DNA from: Candidatus Nomurabacteria bacterium
GTDB lineage: Bacteria > Patescibacteriota > Minisyncoccia > Phycocordibacterales > CALRBL01
Length of the DNA stretch: 64,000 nucleotides
Reading direction: 5' to 3'
Assembly (NCBI GenBank): GCA_963834935.1
Contig: CAWIDS010000003.1
Location: 121,373-185,372, forward strand
Part shown: piece by piece, positions 1 to 13,971 of the stretch
How positions within the stretch are numbered: position 1 is the first letter of the stretch
Layout: the number at the start of each line of letters is the position of its first letter
The notes under the pieces: model-generated
Told to the model about the DNA's origin: nothing
The model's database searches: none
The model's input: the letters and a program-made list of their open reading frames with translations, nothing else
Translations under genes and position numbers: made by a program

Positions 1-544
1 CTAGGCCCGCCTTCTCGATATCCAAATCAGCAAAGCCGAGGGAACGGAGATGACCATAGAGATTGTTCCATCCAGTCTTAGTGGAACCGATCCTCCATTC
101 CGCTATAGTTTCTGAAGCAAGTCCTCGATTCTTCAAATAATCGAGTGATTTATCATCATTTTTCAACTCACTCACATAGAACGACGTGGCCTCCTCCATA
201 ATCTTACGGAGTAGCTCCTTTTCTTCTTCGTCCTTGCGGCTGCTGCTGTTTCCGGCATAGCTTTCGAGCTTTACGCCCGCGCGCTCGGCAAGCAACGCAA
301 GTGCCTCCTTGAAGTCCATCTTCTCGAATTCCTGGACGAAGGTGAAGATATCCCCTTTAGCCCCGCAGCCGAAGCAGTAATAGGATCCGCGTTCCGGTGA
401 CACCATAAAAGAAGGCGTCTTTTCGTTGTGGAAAGGACACTTTCCTTTGAAGTTGGCTCCCGCGCGGTCAAGCTTGATGTATGAAGAGATGATGTCAGAG
501 ATGGGAAGCCGTTCCTTGATCTGTTCGACGGCTTGTGATGACAT
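1..544 (-). CDS. dnaG: DNA primase, N-terminal part (runs off the window start)
   Basis: Hand translation from ATG at 544: [74 protein letters not shown], a CHC2 zinc finger (CPFH...CFGC). Absent from the ORF track because it is open at the edge. Confidence 0.93.
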   Translation of the reverse strand, partial: MSSQAVEQIKERLPISDIISSYIKLDRAGANFKGKCPFHNEKTPSFMVSPERGSYYCFGCGAKGDIFTFVQEFEKMDFKEALALLAERAGVKLESYAGNSSSRKDEEEKELLRKIMEEATSFYVSELKNDDKSLDYLKNRGLASETIAEWRIGSTKTGWNNLYGHLRSLGFADLDIEKAGL

Positions 545-3500
545 TATTTTTGAGATGTTTCGTCTTCGATCATCTTCTGCTTGGGACTTCCTGGAAATCC
601 CGTACCTGCAGGAATGAGGCGTCCGATGAGGACATTTTCCATGAGGCCGTGAAGGTCATCGATGCTTCCGCGGATAGCTGAGCCGATAAGGATCTTGTTG
701 GTGTGTTGGAATGAAGCAGCTGATAGAAAGCTTCGGCGGGAAAGAGATACCTCAGTAATACCCATCACCATAGGCTCTGACTTCGCCTCGATTCCTCCCC
801 TTTCCTTTATCTTTTTGTTTTCCTCGACAAGCTCGAAATTTTCGACGATGTCTCCTGCTGAGAACGGACTGTCGCCTGATTCCTTTACCTTCACGCGGGT
901 GAACATCTGGCGCACAATCACTTCGATATGTTTTCGCGATACGGATTCTCCCTGAAGCTCGTAAGGCTTCTTCACTTCGCCGATGACATACTCCTGAGCC
1001 TTTTCGCGGCCGCCGTATCGGAACAATTCGTCGATATCGCACGATCCGTCGGTAAGGATGTCTCCCTTCTTCACTTTGTCTCCTACCTTCACCAGAAGCA
1101 CGCGGATCGGATGAACTGCATATTCGAGTTCATTTTTCGTCTTGGTTGATTTAGATGGCTTTGCCTTGTCGCTGATTTCAGGGACGACAATGATACTTTC
1201 TCTTTTCCGGTATTCCTTATTTCAGTGACCATTCCGTCGACGGTGGCGATTGCAAGGCTGGATTCTTAGGCTTTCGCTTTTCGAAGATCTCTTCGACGCG
1301 AGGAAGTCCGGCAGTGATGTCTCCTCCGACCGAAGCTGTTCCTCCGGCATGGAAAGTACGCATCGTAAGCTGAGTTCCCGGCTCTCCGATGGCTTGCGCA
1401 GCTACCGTTCCGACTGCTTCTCCGATGTCTATCATTCTATTCTTTCCAAGGTCAAGTCCATAGCACATTCGACAGATTCCAGAGAGCGTCTTGCAGGTCA
1501 GAGGAGACCTTACGACTACTCTTGCGATGCCTTGCGCTTCGATCATCTTGGCTTCTGTCTTGGTAAGCAGATGATTGCGCTTGAAGAGCAGCTTTCCGTC
1601 CTTGTCATTCAAGTCTTCAGCAAGCACTCGTCCGCTAATGTATTTCGAGATCGAAGTCTCGATGCCTGAAGCGCTTTCCTTGACGATGGCTATTCCCTCT
1701 TTCGTTCCGCAATCCTCTTCGCTCACTACCACGTTCTGGGCAACCACGAAGAGTTTTCGAGTGAGATATCCGGCTTTAGCAGTGTTAATGCGGTGTCAGT
1801 AAGTCCTTTTCGGGCTCCGTGAGTACGAGATGAAGTATTCGATCGGAGTGAGCCCTTCTTTCGAAGACTGAGAGAACTGGCACTTCGATAGTCTCTCCTT
1901 TCGAGTTCTGGATGAGTCCTTTCATTCCGGCCATCTGAGTGATGTTTCCGATGGAACCTCGGGCTCCCGATGTGACCATGTCGTGGACTGATCCATTCTT
2001 ATCGAGCGTTCCAGGGATAAGCTTCTCGATCTTGCTTTTAGCATCATGCCAGATCTCGACATTCTTTCGAAGCTTCTCCTGCTCTGAAAGGAGTCCTTCA
2101 TTGTATTGCTCGTAAACCAGCTCAGAGTCCTTCTTTGAGGCTTCGATGATCTGGAATTTTCCGTCAGGAATGACGACATCGTCGATTCCCCAAGTGATTC
2201 CTGACTTAGTGACATAAGTGAAGCCGAACTTCTTGATTTCGTCGAGAATGGCAGGAACAGCATTCACTCCGTAAATATTAATGAGGTCTTCGACGATTCC
2301 TGACATGACTTGATCGGGAAATTTCCTTGTTGACGAATGGATAGTCGGCAGGAAGAATAGCGTTGAAAAGAATCCTTCCAACAGTAGTATCGGCAAGCTT
2401 TCCGCCGAAAGCTGCCCATTTAGGACCTTCTTCAGGCAATACCTTTATCGCTGCCCGGAGCGAAAGCGCTCCAAAATCAAGGGCAGACATTGCAGCTTGA
2501 GGACTTTCGAAGATATTTCCTTCACCTTTTTCTCCAACGACAATCTTCGTCGTCCAGTAACATCCGAGCACCACATCAAGAAGCTTTGCAGTGACTGTAG
2601 GATCTCCGCTTCCCGGCTTAAGGATGTTCTTGTCTGACGCCATGATTTCCCGAGCTTCCATCTGCGCTTCTTCTCCGAGAGGAACGTGAACTGCCATGGT
2701 GTCTCCATCGAAGTCGGCATTGAAAGCGGAACATACGAATGGATGCACTTGGATAGCGTTACCTTCGATGAGTACAGGCTGGAAAGCCTGAATACCGAGG
2801 CGATGAAGAGTAGGTGCGCGGTTCAGGAGCACGTATTTATCCTTGATGACGTCTTCAAGGATGGCCCATACTTCAGGAATTCCATCATCGATAAGTCGAG
2901 ATGCGCCGCGGATGTTGAAAGCCAATTCCTTTTCAAGAAGTTTTGAGATGACGAAAGGCCGGAACAATTCCAAGGCCATGTGCTTAGGGAGTCCGCACTG
3001 ATTGAGGCGAAGTTCCGGACCCACGACGATAACCGATCGTCCTGAATAGTCCACGCGCTTTCCAAGGAGGTTCTGTCGGAAGAGTCCTCGTCTTGCCTTT
3101 CAAGTTGTCGGCAAGGGATTTGAGCGGACGTCGCTGTGCCTGATTGACTCCAGCGAAAAGCTGATTGCCGTGCCGGATCGAGTTGTCGATCAAGGCATCG
3201 ACAGCTTCCTGAAGGATTCGTTTTTCGTTTCGAAGAATCACATCAGGAGCTTGAATTTCCTTAAGCTTCTTCAAGCGGTTGTTTCGGTTGATCACGCGTC
3301 GATAAAGGTCATTGACGTCGGATGTCGCGTGTCGTCCTCCGTCGAGAGCGACCATAGGGCGAAGTGCTGCGGGAATGACAGGGATACTGAGTAAGGAACA
3401 TCCATTCAGGACGGAGTCTGAGCTGATCATTCCCTTGATAAGGCCGATTCGCTTGTTCAGTTTTTCGCTTTTCGGTTGAGCTTGCTGATTCGAGATCCTT

Positions 3501-4218
3501 TTCGAGGCTGTCAAGAAGTTTCTTGAGGTCGAGCTTCTTGAAAAGATTGAAGACCGCTTCAGCACCGATTGCAGCTTCGAAGAGCGTTCCGTATTTGAGC
3601 GAGAATTTGTGGTATACGATCTCGTCAAGGACTCGTCCTTCCTGGATACTCTCGATGTCGCGCTTTGCGCTGATCAGAAGTTGCTTGATTGCTTCCTTCG
3701 TTTTCTCGTCCTGAAGCGACTTTTCACTTTTGATCTTGTATTCGGAATCGAGATCCTTGAGCACGCGTGTCCGTTCTTCCTCATTAACCTTAGTGACGAG
3801 GTATCCGGCAAAGTAAACAACTTTCTCGAGCTCGCCACTGTTCATTCCCAGAAGAAGCGCGATTCGAGAAGGCATGGTTCGGAGGAACCAGATATGAGAA
3901 ACGGGCGTTGCAAGCTCGATATGCCCCATTCGTTCTCGGCGCACGATTGATCGCGTGATTTCCACTCCGCATTTTTCGCAGATGATTCCTTTGTATCTGA
4001 TGCCTCGGTATTTTCCGCAGTAACACTCATAATCCTTGTCCGGACCGAAAATCTTCTCGTCGAAGAGGCCATTCTTCTCGGAACGCTGGGTACGATAGTT
4101 CATCGTCTCAGGCTTGGTCACTTCTCCACGATGACCATTCCTTGATTCTCTCAGGCGATGCAAGCTTGAGTGAACTGGATCGAAATCGTTGAGGGTGTCA
4201 TGTTTTGTTTTTTTTCAT
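544..4218 (-). CDS. rpoC: RNA polymerase beta' subunit (broken into many ORFs by frameshifts, probably sequencing errors)
   Basis: Fragments carry the N-terminal zinc finger (YECYCGKY...CEKCGVE), [35 protein letters not shown] and [14 protein letters not shown]. Confidence 0.95.
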
Positions 4219-4237
4219 ATATTTTTTTATATCGTTA

Positions 4238-7461
<3,224 letters not shown>

Positions 7462-7667
7462 ACGATAAAAATGCCCTAGGCGATAGGGTGTTATTGGTTA
7501 TTGATAATAGAGACGCTGATAATCGTGGTCAAAAGTTTGTTGCTTAAGAGAACGCTAGTAATCGGGTCGAGAGACAGTCTGACAACCAAATAATTACTCA
7601 GCGCCACAACAATGACTCAATCAGGCGTAATGAGATTGCTACTCTAGCAAACAAATATTAAATATGC

Positions 7668-7759
7668 AAGTGCAAAGGTTCTGGTAAGTATCTTTTTGAA
7701 CGGCTTAGGCTATCCTGCCGCTTGAGCGAAAAAAGATACTTATCAGAACCTTTGCACTT
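7668..7759. repeat. 30-bp inverted repeat (1 mismatch) with a 32-bp spacer
   Basis: aagtgcaaaggttctggtaagtatcttttt (7668-7697) and aaaaagatacttatcagaacctttgcactt (7730-7759). Confidence 0.9.
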
Positions 7760-7772
7760 ATACCTTAATTTT

Positions 7773-7847
7773 TGGAGGCGTAGAGCGGAATCGAACCGCT
7801 GTATAGAGATTTTGCAGATCTCTGCCTTACCACTTGGCTACTACGCC
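7773..7847 (-). tRNA. tRNA-Cys (GCA)
   Basis: GGCGTAGTAGCCAAGTGGTAAGGCAGAGATCT-GCA-AAATCTC...GGTTCGATTCC...CTACGCCTCCA cloverleaf with encoded CCA. Confidence 0.95.
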
Positions 7848-7936
7848 GAAACGCCGGCTTTGGCTGACAGAAACAACCATAACAGATTTTCGTCAAAATA
7901 TGAAGCAAATCAAGGATAAAAGGCTGATTTGAGCCA

Positions 7937-7965
7937 TTGACTTTTTTAATAAAGTATGATAAAAT
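7937..7965 (+). promoter_or_regulatory. Sigma70-type promoter for the 8082 operon
   Basis: TTGACT, 17-bp spacer, TAAAAT with an extended TG. Confidence 0.65.
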
Positions 7966-8081
7966 AATCTCAGATTGAGAAAGGGTGCACAGGCGTGCAA
8001 ATGATCTCAGTTATCACTCACACAAACAAACCTCGGTCCCCTTTTAGGCGACCTTTGACAGCAGAATAGAAAGTTACAAAC

Positions 8082-9154
8082 ATGATCTACGTATTCTTCA
8101 CGCCGGTGGCTCTAGCAGCCTTCGGATACTTCCTCTATCAGCTTTACCGCTGGATGGGAGAAAACCAGATCGGCTTCACCTTCATGGATGGAGGTACCGG
8201 CCGAGTAATCGTCGTCGGCAAGGGCCAACCGGTCAAATTCCTCGTTAACCTTCCCGGTTACGATGTTAATGACCCACATAACCCTGACCAACACGACAAA
8301 AACTTCCCTGATTGGCAGATAATCCCCACGTCGCACTTTAAAGCCTACCGAGATGAAAACTTCCTCAAGAAGCGCCTCGGTATATGGCTTATCCATTGGT
8401 GGCCATTCAATTTCGTATACGAGTATAAGTTCAGCTGGGTGGAATTTCGCCAACCAGCAGGGCAGAACGAGTACACGACGCGTTCTCGGGAAGAAACGAC
8501 TAAAATCTTCATGGCGCAGAATTTCCCTTACTTCTCCGAAGTGACGGATTTCTACATCAGTGGAAATGCAGTCTTCAGCCTTCCCTATGCGGTAAACTTA
8601 GCCATCACCAATCCCATGATTGCCCTTTTCGGGAACGAAGACTGGCTGGCAACAGCCCTCTTCGCCCTGAATGAGCGTGCCAAGGATTGGGCAGGTGGCC
8701 AAAGCCTTGAACAGCTTCTCTCCGAAGCTGACGACGTAAAAGGCTCGATCAAGGAGTCATTCGACGAATGGATGAAGGAAATCAATAAGTTCCTCATAGA
8801 AAAAGTCGGAGTAGAGCTCAAAAGCGCGAACTTCCTGAAGCTCGTTGACAGAAACGAAGCAGCGGGAGCAATGCGTCAGGCAATTCAAGCTGTCTTCATC
8901 GCCCAACGGAGCGCGGATGCATCAGCATTCGATGCGACTCGGATCAAAATATCGGCCTGTCGGAGGCGAAGGTAGTACGAGCAAAAGCCGAAGCAGATGT
9001 CGCCGGAGAACTAACGTTCGCGGAAGCGTATCGCAATCATCCAGAACTCGCTCGCGCTCGCGCGATCGAACGGACCGGCCTCACTACACTCGTCGAAGGA
9101 GGCTCAAACCCGCCGCCCGTCATTCTTGACGCAAGCGGCAAACCAACTCGATAA
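8082..9154 (+). CDS. Membrane-anchored SPFH/band-7-like protein (frameshifted near the 3' end)
   Basis: N-terminal TM helix, central alpha/beta region, then an Ala/Glu-rich helical tail; the other frame continues ...AEAYRNHPELARARAIERTGLTTLVEGG...*. Family call is by architecture only. Confidence 0.45.
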
Positions 9155-9343
9155 AACACACAATCAAAAAAGGAAAAACTAAGAAATGAAATTATTAATA
9201 ACACTGTTCTGGGGAACGATGTTCCTTGGAATCGTTGCTCTAACCATCGCCTACCTGCGCGGTCGGCGACCAGCAGCGCCGGAGCAGCGCCCGCTCCTGC
9301 CGGACCATCGGTCTGGAACACGATAAAGCTGGCCTCCATCAAT

Positions 9344-10309
9344 ATGGGCGGTCAGCTCCGGACACAGCTCCAGACCAACTGGAAAATGATCTTCTTCCTG
9401 ACGGCAGGATTTGGACTTATTTTTTGGATGGTGACCAGTCCTCTTCCCTTCAATCTCGGCTTGCCTGAGGCTGATCGGAATTGGATCTGGCTCGTCGGAA
9501 CTGGCCTGATGAAGTTCCTTCTCTTCGTAGCTGTCATTGGCGCAGGACTCTGCATCAGTGCCGGCACGCCTGGGAAGGTGCTCTTCAGGATCATGATGGC
9601 AGTACTCGCCATCATGGCACTCTGCCTCATCTGGCATGAGCTTGCGAGCTCGGCCAGCAAGGTGGATTGGAAAGCGCTCAACCCGTTCAGTGCTAGCGCC
9701 GCGGCTCCGACCTCTTCAACAAGGTCGCCGCTCGGCAACAGCGCTAACAGCAGCAATGCTGGAGCGAACATCAACATAACTGTTGATGGGTCTGATGTTC
9801 ACAGCTTCTTCCAAGCACACTCCCACGAGTTGCTTGTGGGATTCATAGTGGTCATCATTCTCGTACTGCTCGCCTTCCTGATCTGTACTAAGATCGGCAG
9901 GTCAGTGCTGCTTGGACTGTTGCTTGTGTGCCTCACCCTTCTTGCTGTCTGCAAGCTTGGGGCGGCTATCAAGAATGGCGGCCACATCACGCCGAAGCCG
10001 CCTGAGCAGATGATCCTGCCTTCAATGCACATCAGTTCGGACCTGTGGTATCGGGTCGACTGGACGGATAATTGGCGGCACTGGAATTACCGCGACTTCA
10101 AGCGGCCGCTGCCAAGCAAGGTGCTGGTTATCTTCAGCAAAGAGGAGCCGGAGATGACCGATCCTGCCCAGTACATCATCAGCAACAAGACCGACTTCAA
10201 GGATGTTCGCGGGGATCATAGCATCCCTATGTGGATACGTCTGGAACCTGTCGATGGTCAAAACATCGAGGGTGACGTGACAATCTACTACGAGCATCAT
10301 GATGGATAG
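9344..10309 (+). CDS. Hypothetical multi-pass membrane protein (true start may be ATG 9186 with a frameshift)
   Basis: 321-aa ORF with about 5 hydrophobic segments and a soluble C-terminal domain. Confidence 0.7.
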   Translation: MGGQLRTQLQTNWKMIFFLTAGFGLIFWMVTSPLPFNLGLPEADRNWIWLVGTGLMKFLLFVAVIGAGLCISAGTPGKVLFRIMMAVLAIMALCLIWHELASSASKVDWKALNPFSASAAAPTSSTRSPLGNSANSSNAGANINITVDGSDVHSFFQAHSHELLVGFIVVIILVLLAFLICTKIGRSVLLGLLLVCLTLLAVCKLGAAIKNGGHITPKPPEQMILPSMHISSDLWYRVDWTDNWRHWNYRDFKRPLPSKVLVIFSKEEPEMTDPAQYIISNKTDFKDVRGDHSIPMWIRLEPVDGQNIEGDVTIYYEHHDG

Positions 10310-10354
10310 TTCTTTGGGGCTTGGCGCCCGCGATCCGTTCGCAAAAAACCAAAC

Positions 10355-10384
10355 GCTCGGACCATCACTGGTCCGAGCTTTTTT
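10355..10384 (+). terminator. Intrinsic terminator
   Basis: gctcggacca-tcac-tggtccgagc followed by a T-run. Confidence 0.8.
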
Positions 10385-10404
10385 ATTTGGCTATTTATCG
10401 ATGA

Positions 10405-10677
10405 TTATTTTTCTACCGCATCAAGAGTATTCGAAGTATTGATTCCGAAGGTTCCGGTTATGAGCTTGAGTATCCCGAAAGCCGATATCATTATGGCCAT
10501 TCCGATAAGACCGTACATGACATGCCTTTTTGCCGTCTCTAAGGCATCCGCTTCATTGGCTTTCCGTATGAACTGGACCAGTCCCCAAAGGAAGACCAGC
10601 AAAGCCACGGCAAACATCAGGATGATGATAGGATTCAGTATCTCCGTGCTTATGGCCGAAATGATTTTATCGAGCAT
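10405..10677 (-). CDS. TrbC/VirB2-like pilin
   Basis: Small 2-TM protein: VFLWGLVQFI...ETAKRHVMYGLIGMAIMISAFGI. Confidence 0.7.
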   Translation of the reverse strand: MLDKIISAISTEILNPIIILMFAVALLVFLWGLVQFIRKANEADALETAKRHVMYGLIGMAIMISAFGILKLITGTFGINTSNTLDAVEK

Positions 10678-10702
10678 TTATTTGATGAGCTGGAGACTTG
10701 GA

Positions 10703-11059
10703 CTATTGGGAGCCAGTAGGAACTTGGTTCGGAATCTGGACAGTGTTGTTGTTCAAACCGATAGTGTTCGAAAGGATGCGCACGAGTCCCCAGACCGAGG
10801 TCATGATGAAGATGATGACGATTCCGAGGATGATGGTGTTTCGAGCCTCCTTTATCTTGTCAGGATCTCCGCCGGCAGTGACATATCGGAGAAGTCCGAA
10901 GATGAATACGAGCACCGCTACTCCGATAACGAACGGTATAAGCTTGTTAATGAAAGAGCTTATGCCTGTGAGGAAATCGCCGTTCGACAAATCAAGTGCC
11001 TGGGCGAAAAGCAACCCTGGAAGAAGCAACAATGCGAGTGAACCTAAAAATTTTTTCAT
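10703..11059 (-). CDS. TrbC/VirB2-like pilin
   Basis: Signal peptide plus GLLRYVTAGGDPDKIKEARNTIILGIV. Confidence 0.75.
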   Translation of the reverse strand: MKKFLGSLALLLLPGLLFAQALDLSNGDFLTGISSFINKLIPFVIGVAVLVFIFGLLRYVTAGGDPDKIKEARNTIILGIVIIFIMTSVWGLVRILSNTIGLNNNTVQIPNQVPTGSQ

Positions 11060-11135
11060 ACGATAAATTAATTTCTTATAATAAGCTTAAGTGTAGCACA
11101 ACTGCCAATCTCCACAATAGGATTTATCCGAAAGC

Positions 11136-11474
11136 CTAGCTGACGGTATTGTTATGGCTGCCGTCAACGCCGTCGATATTCTTGGCGCCGGGAACCTGCG
11201 GTATCTCATCCGAACTAGGAGTGGTGTTTGAAAGCATGATGGTATTTGAAATTACTCGGACCAATCCCCAGACGCACGTCATGACGAAGATGATGACTAT
11301 CCCCATGATTATGCTGTCACGCGCTTCCTTTATGGTATCGGAATCTCCCCCCGCCCTGATGTATTTCAAAAGGCCGAATACGAAGATAAGCACAGCGACA
11401 CCAATGATGACGTAGATCGTCTGATTGATGAATTTGGTGATAGTAGCAATTGATGTGGTGGCATCAGTGAACAT
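11136..11474 (-). CDS. TrbC/VirB2-like pilin
   Basis: GLLKYIRAGGDSDTIKEARDSIIMGIV; paralog of its neighbours. Confidence 0.75.
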   Translation of the reverse strand: MFTDATTSIATITKFINQTIYVIIGVAVLIFVFGLLKYIRAGGDSDTIKEARDSIIMGIVIIFVMTCVWGLVRVISNTIMLSNTTPSSDEIPQVPGAKNIDGVDGSHNNTVS

Positions 11475-11480
11475 TTGTGT

Positions 11481-11756
11481 TTATTTTAGCTGAGGGACAG
11501 TATAGCCATTCGAGAAGAAGGTGTTGACGAGGATGTGAACAAGTCCCCATACGGATATCATAACGAAAAGGGCTATGATGCCGAAGATGATGTAATTGCG
11601 CGCCTCCTTGACCGCGTCCGAATCCCCTCCTGCCGACATGTACTTCAGAAGGCCGAAGATGAACAGAAGCACGGCGACACCGATAATGAGCGGGATAAGA
11701 AGATTGATCGAATTAGTGAAGAAAGAAACTACGCATTTGAAATCAGTACAATTCAT
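11481..11756 (-). CDS. TrbC/VirB2-like pilin
   Basis: GLLKYMSAGGDSDAVKEARNYIIFGII. Confidence 0.75.
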   Translation of the reverse strand: MNCTDFKCVVSFFTNSINLLIPLIIGVAVLLFIFGLLKYMSAGGDSDAVKEARNYIIFGIIALFVMISVWGLVHILVNTFFSNGYTVPQLK

Positions 11757-11765
11757 ATGTTTTTA

Positions 11766-12143
11766 TTATGATGAAGCGCTGCCAATATTGGTAACCGTGG
11801 TCTGGATGACGGTCGAGATGACCTTGGCGCCAAGGAGGATAGCAGCGCCGATGACTGTGTAAAGAAGGACGAGCTTTGCCGTCTTTATCTTCCCTTCGTC
11901 TCCGGCTGCCGTCACGAAAAGGAAGCCGGCGTAGATGATGGCGATGATACAGGCGATAGCGCCAAGCTTCATGACTCCGGCCAGGATATTATTAAGAAAA
12001 GTAAAAAGATCCCCATTGCCGTTCAAAGGATTGCAGATTTTCCCCCCGCAATCAGTAGGAGAATAGTCTGCAAAGGAATAGAGGGGAAGTGAAAGGGCTG
12101 CTACTGCCACCAAGACTGCCGCGTATTTCATTATTTTTTTCAT
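11766..12143 (-). CDS. TrbC/VirB2-like pilin
   Basis: Signal peptide plus IIYAGFLFVTAAGDEGKIKTAKLVLLYTVIG. Confidence 0.75.
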   Translation of the reverse strand: MKKIMKYAAVLVAVAALSLPLYSFADYSPTDCGGKICNPLNGNGDLFTFLNNILAGVMKLGAIACIIAIIYAGFLFVTAAGDEGKIKTAKLVLLYTVIGAAILLGAKVISTVIQTTVTNIGSASS

Positions 12144-12146
12144 ATA

Positions 12147-12599
12147 TTATTTTTGCTGCAACATGCTGTAGTTCGGATTGACGCCTAAGGTGGTAAGTAT
12201 GAAATGGACAATAAGCCATGCGCCAAAAGTGAAGACGAAGCCCAGCACCACCTTCCCTATCATCCCTTTCGCTTGTTCAACTTTACCACTATTTCCTCCT
12301 GATGTCAGCATCAGGAATCCCGCATAGACCAAAGTGATGGTAGCAATGACGATGGTGGCATAAAGGAGAAGATCGATGATGCGGTTTATGAGATTGATGA
12401 GGTCACTCCAGGTACATGATTTCTCGCCGCTGCCGGGTGCGCCGGTCGAATTGATCTGGCTCAGTAAAGGTGTTCCTTGGCAAAAAGTGCCGTCTATTAT
12501 CGAATAGTTTGAATCGCCCGGATTGTTGCTCATAGCCAACGCAGAATATGCTGGAAAGAGAAGGCTGAGCGAAAAGATGAATAGAAGTATTTTTCTCAT
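12147..12599 (-). CDS. TrbC/VirB2-like pilin
   Basis: Signal peptide, Cys pair, LVYAGFLMLTSGGNSGKVEQAKGMIGKVVLG. Confidence 0.75.
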   Translation of the reverse strand: MRKILLFIFSLSLLFPAYSALAMSNNPGDSNYSIIDGTFCQGTPLLSQINSTGAPGSGEKSCTWSDLINLINRIIDLLLYATIVIATITLVYAGFLMLTSGGNSGKVEQAKGMIGKVVLGFVFTFGAWLIVHFILTTLGVNPNYSMLQQK

Positions 12600-12600
12600 T

Positions 12601-13941
12601 TTAATTGGCATTCTTATTGCTAATAATAAGGTCAAATTGCTCTTCAGCCTTGGCTACTGCTTCGCCTGAAGTATTTTGGCCCGAAAGGACTGATTCGATC
12701 ATCTCCTGGAAGATCCCTTGCGATTGGCCAGGCGCCGGATCAAGCCAAGCATGCGAATACAAAGCGCTCGCATAAAGCGTCGAGCTGAAGCTGTCGGAAG
12801 GAGGATTCGAAAGGAGATCCCTTCTGACCGGCGGCATACCTGAGACAACTGCATATCTCTTCAGGAAATCCTGGCCTGTGAGGGTATTGATCACGCTGAG
12901 GTCTGCCTCCTGTTTTTTCGATGAAGAGAGGATGGATAAGCCGAGCATCTTGCCGTAAGTGACAGGAATCGCTACAGAGCTTGTAGTTGTCCCTGTGCGC
13001 GGCTCAGGAAAAGGAGCCATGCCGAAATTGAGATTAGGATTCTTTGCTTGGATATCCTTCGCTTCGCTTCCGTAGCCGATATACATGGCGAGATTATTCG
13101 CCACAAAATCATCCAAGGAAGAAGGCCGCGAGCGGTTCCATGTGTATTCCTTCTGGGCCGGATTGGCGAACTGAGTGTAGAAATCAATCGGGCTGGAGAC
13201 TTGTCCGAAAGAGACCATTATCGAGTCCTCTTTTTTTCCGGCGTCATATCTGACTGTCGAAATGGGAATGCCGGCTTGGAAGAAAAGCGCCGAAAGGATA
13301 TCCTTGGCATTGTCTACATTGCGATATTCGCCGAGAGCGATGGCGCTCGTCTGGATATTAAAATTAGAATCGGATTTGCCGAGAATAGGAACCAAGGAAA
13401 GGACCTGGTCCCAATGAGTGGGCGGCAGCGGCTGATTGGCTGCGGTGAAGATATCCCTGTTCCAATAAAGGACAAGCGGATCGACGGAAAAAGGCAAAGC
13501 GAGATAGCCGTCATTGACCCGGTACTGCTCCGCTTCTTGTATGAAATTCCCTTTGAAGGTGCTCTCGCTGTAATTCGCAAAAGGAATGGTTGTGATCTTA
13601 TCCTTCTCTGCAAAGACTTGCTCGAGAGGGAGAAGGACGATGTCCGGGCCATTGCCGCTCGCAAGCGCCTCAAGAAGATCCTGATCGAAAGTGATAGGAT
13701 CTTTTTCGACATAAGTAGCATTGATGACAGGAACAAGGCTGTTCGATGACGGCCCATTTATAGCCGAGATGACTCCATTAATCTGCTTGGCGTCGGCAGT
13801 TCCCCAAATGACGACATGTGCCGCCACGGTCTGCGCCTGATTCTTGTTCGAAGAGAAAAAAGAGAATACTACTACTCCCACCAATGTGCCGACGATGCAG
13901 ACGGCGAGGATGATCAATTGAAAAGGATTTGCTTTCGACAT
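12601..13941 (-). CDS. Extracellular (sugar-type) solute-binding protein
   Basis: N-terminal anchor; LASGNGPDIV and ALPFSVDPLVLYWNRDIF are SBP family 1-type motifs. Confidence 0.8.
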   Translation of the reverse strand: MSKANPFQLIILAVCIVGTLVGVVVFSFFSSNKNQAQTVAAHVVIWGTADAKQINGVISAINGPSSNSLVPVINATYVEKDPITFDQDLLEALASGNGPDIVLLPLEQVFAEKDKITTIPFANYSESTFKGNFIQEAEQYRVNDGYLALPFSVDPLVLYWNRDIFTAANQPLPPTHWDQVLSLVPILGKSDSNFNIQTSAIALGEYRNVDNAKDILSALFFQAGIPISTVRYDAGKKEDSIMVSFGQVSSPIDFYTQFANPAQKEYTWNRSRPSSLDDFVANNLAMYIGYGSEAKDIQAKNPNLNFGMAPFPEPRTGTTTSSVAIPVTYGKMLGLSILSSSKKQEADLSVINTLTGQDFLKRYAVVSGMPPVRRDLLSNPPSDSFSSTLYASALYSHAWLDPAPGQSQGIFQEMIESVLSGQNTSGEAVAKAEEQFDLIISNKNAN

Positions 13942-13971
13942 GATATGGGATTATTTTCCTTTATTATCTCA

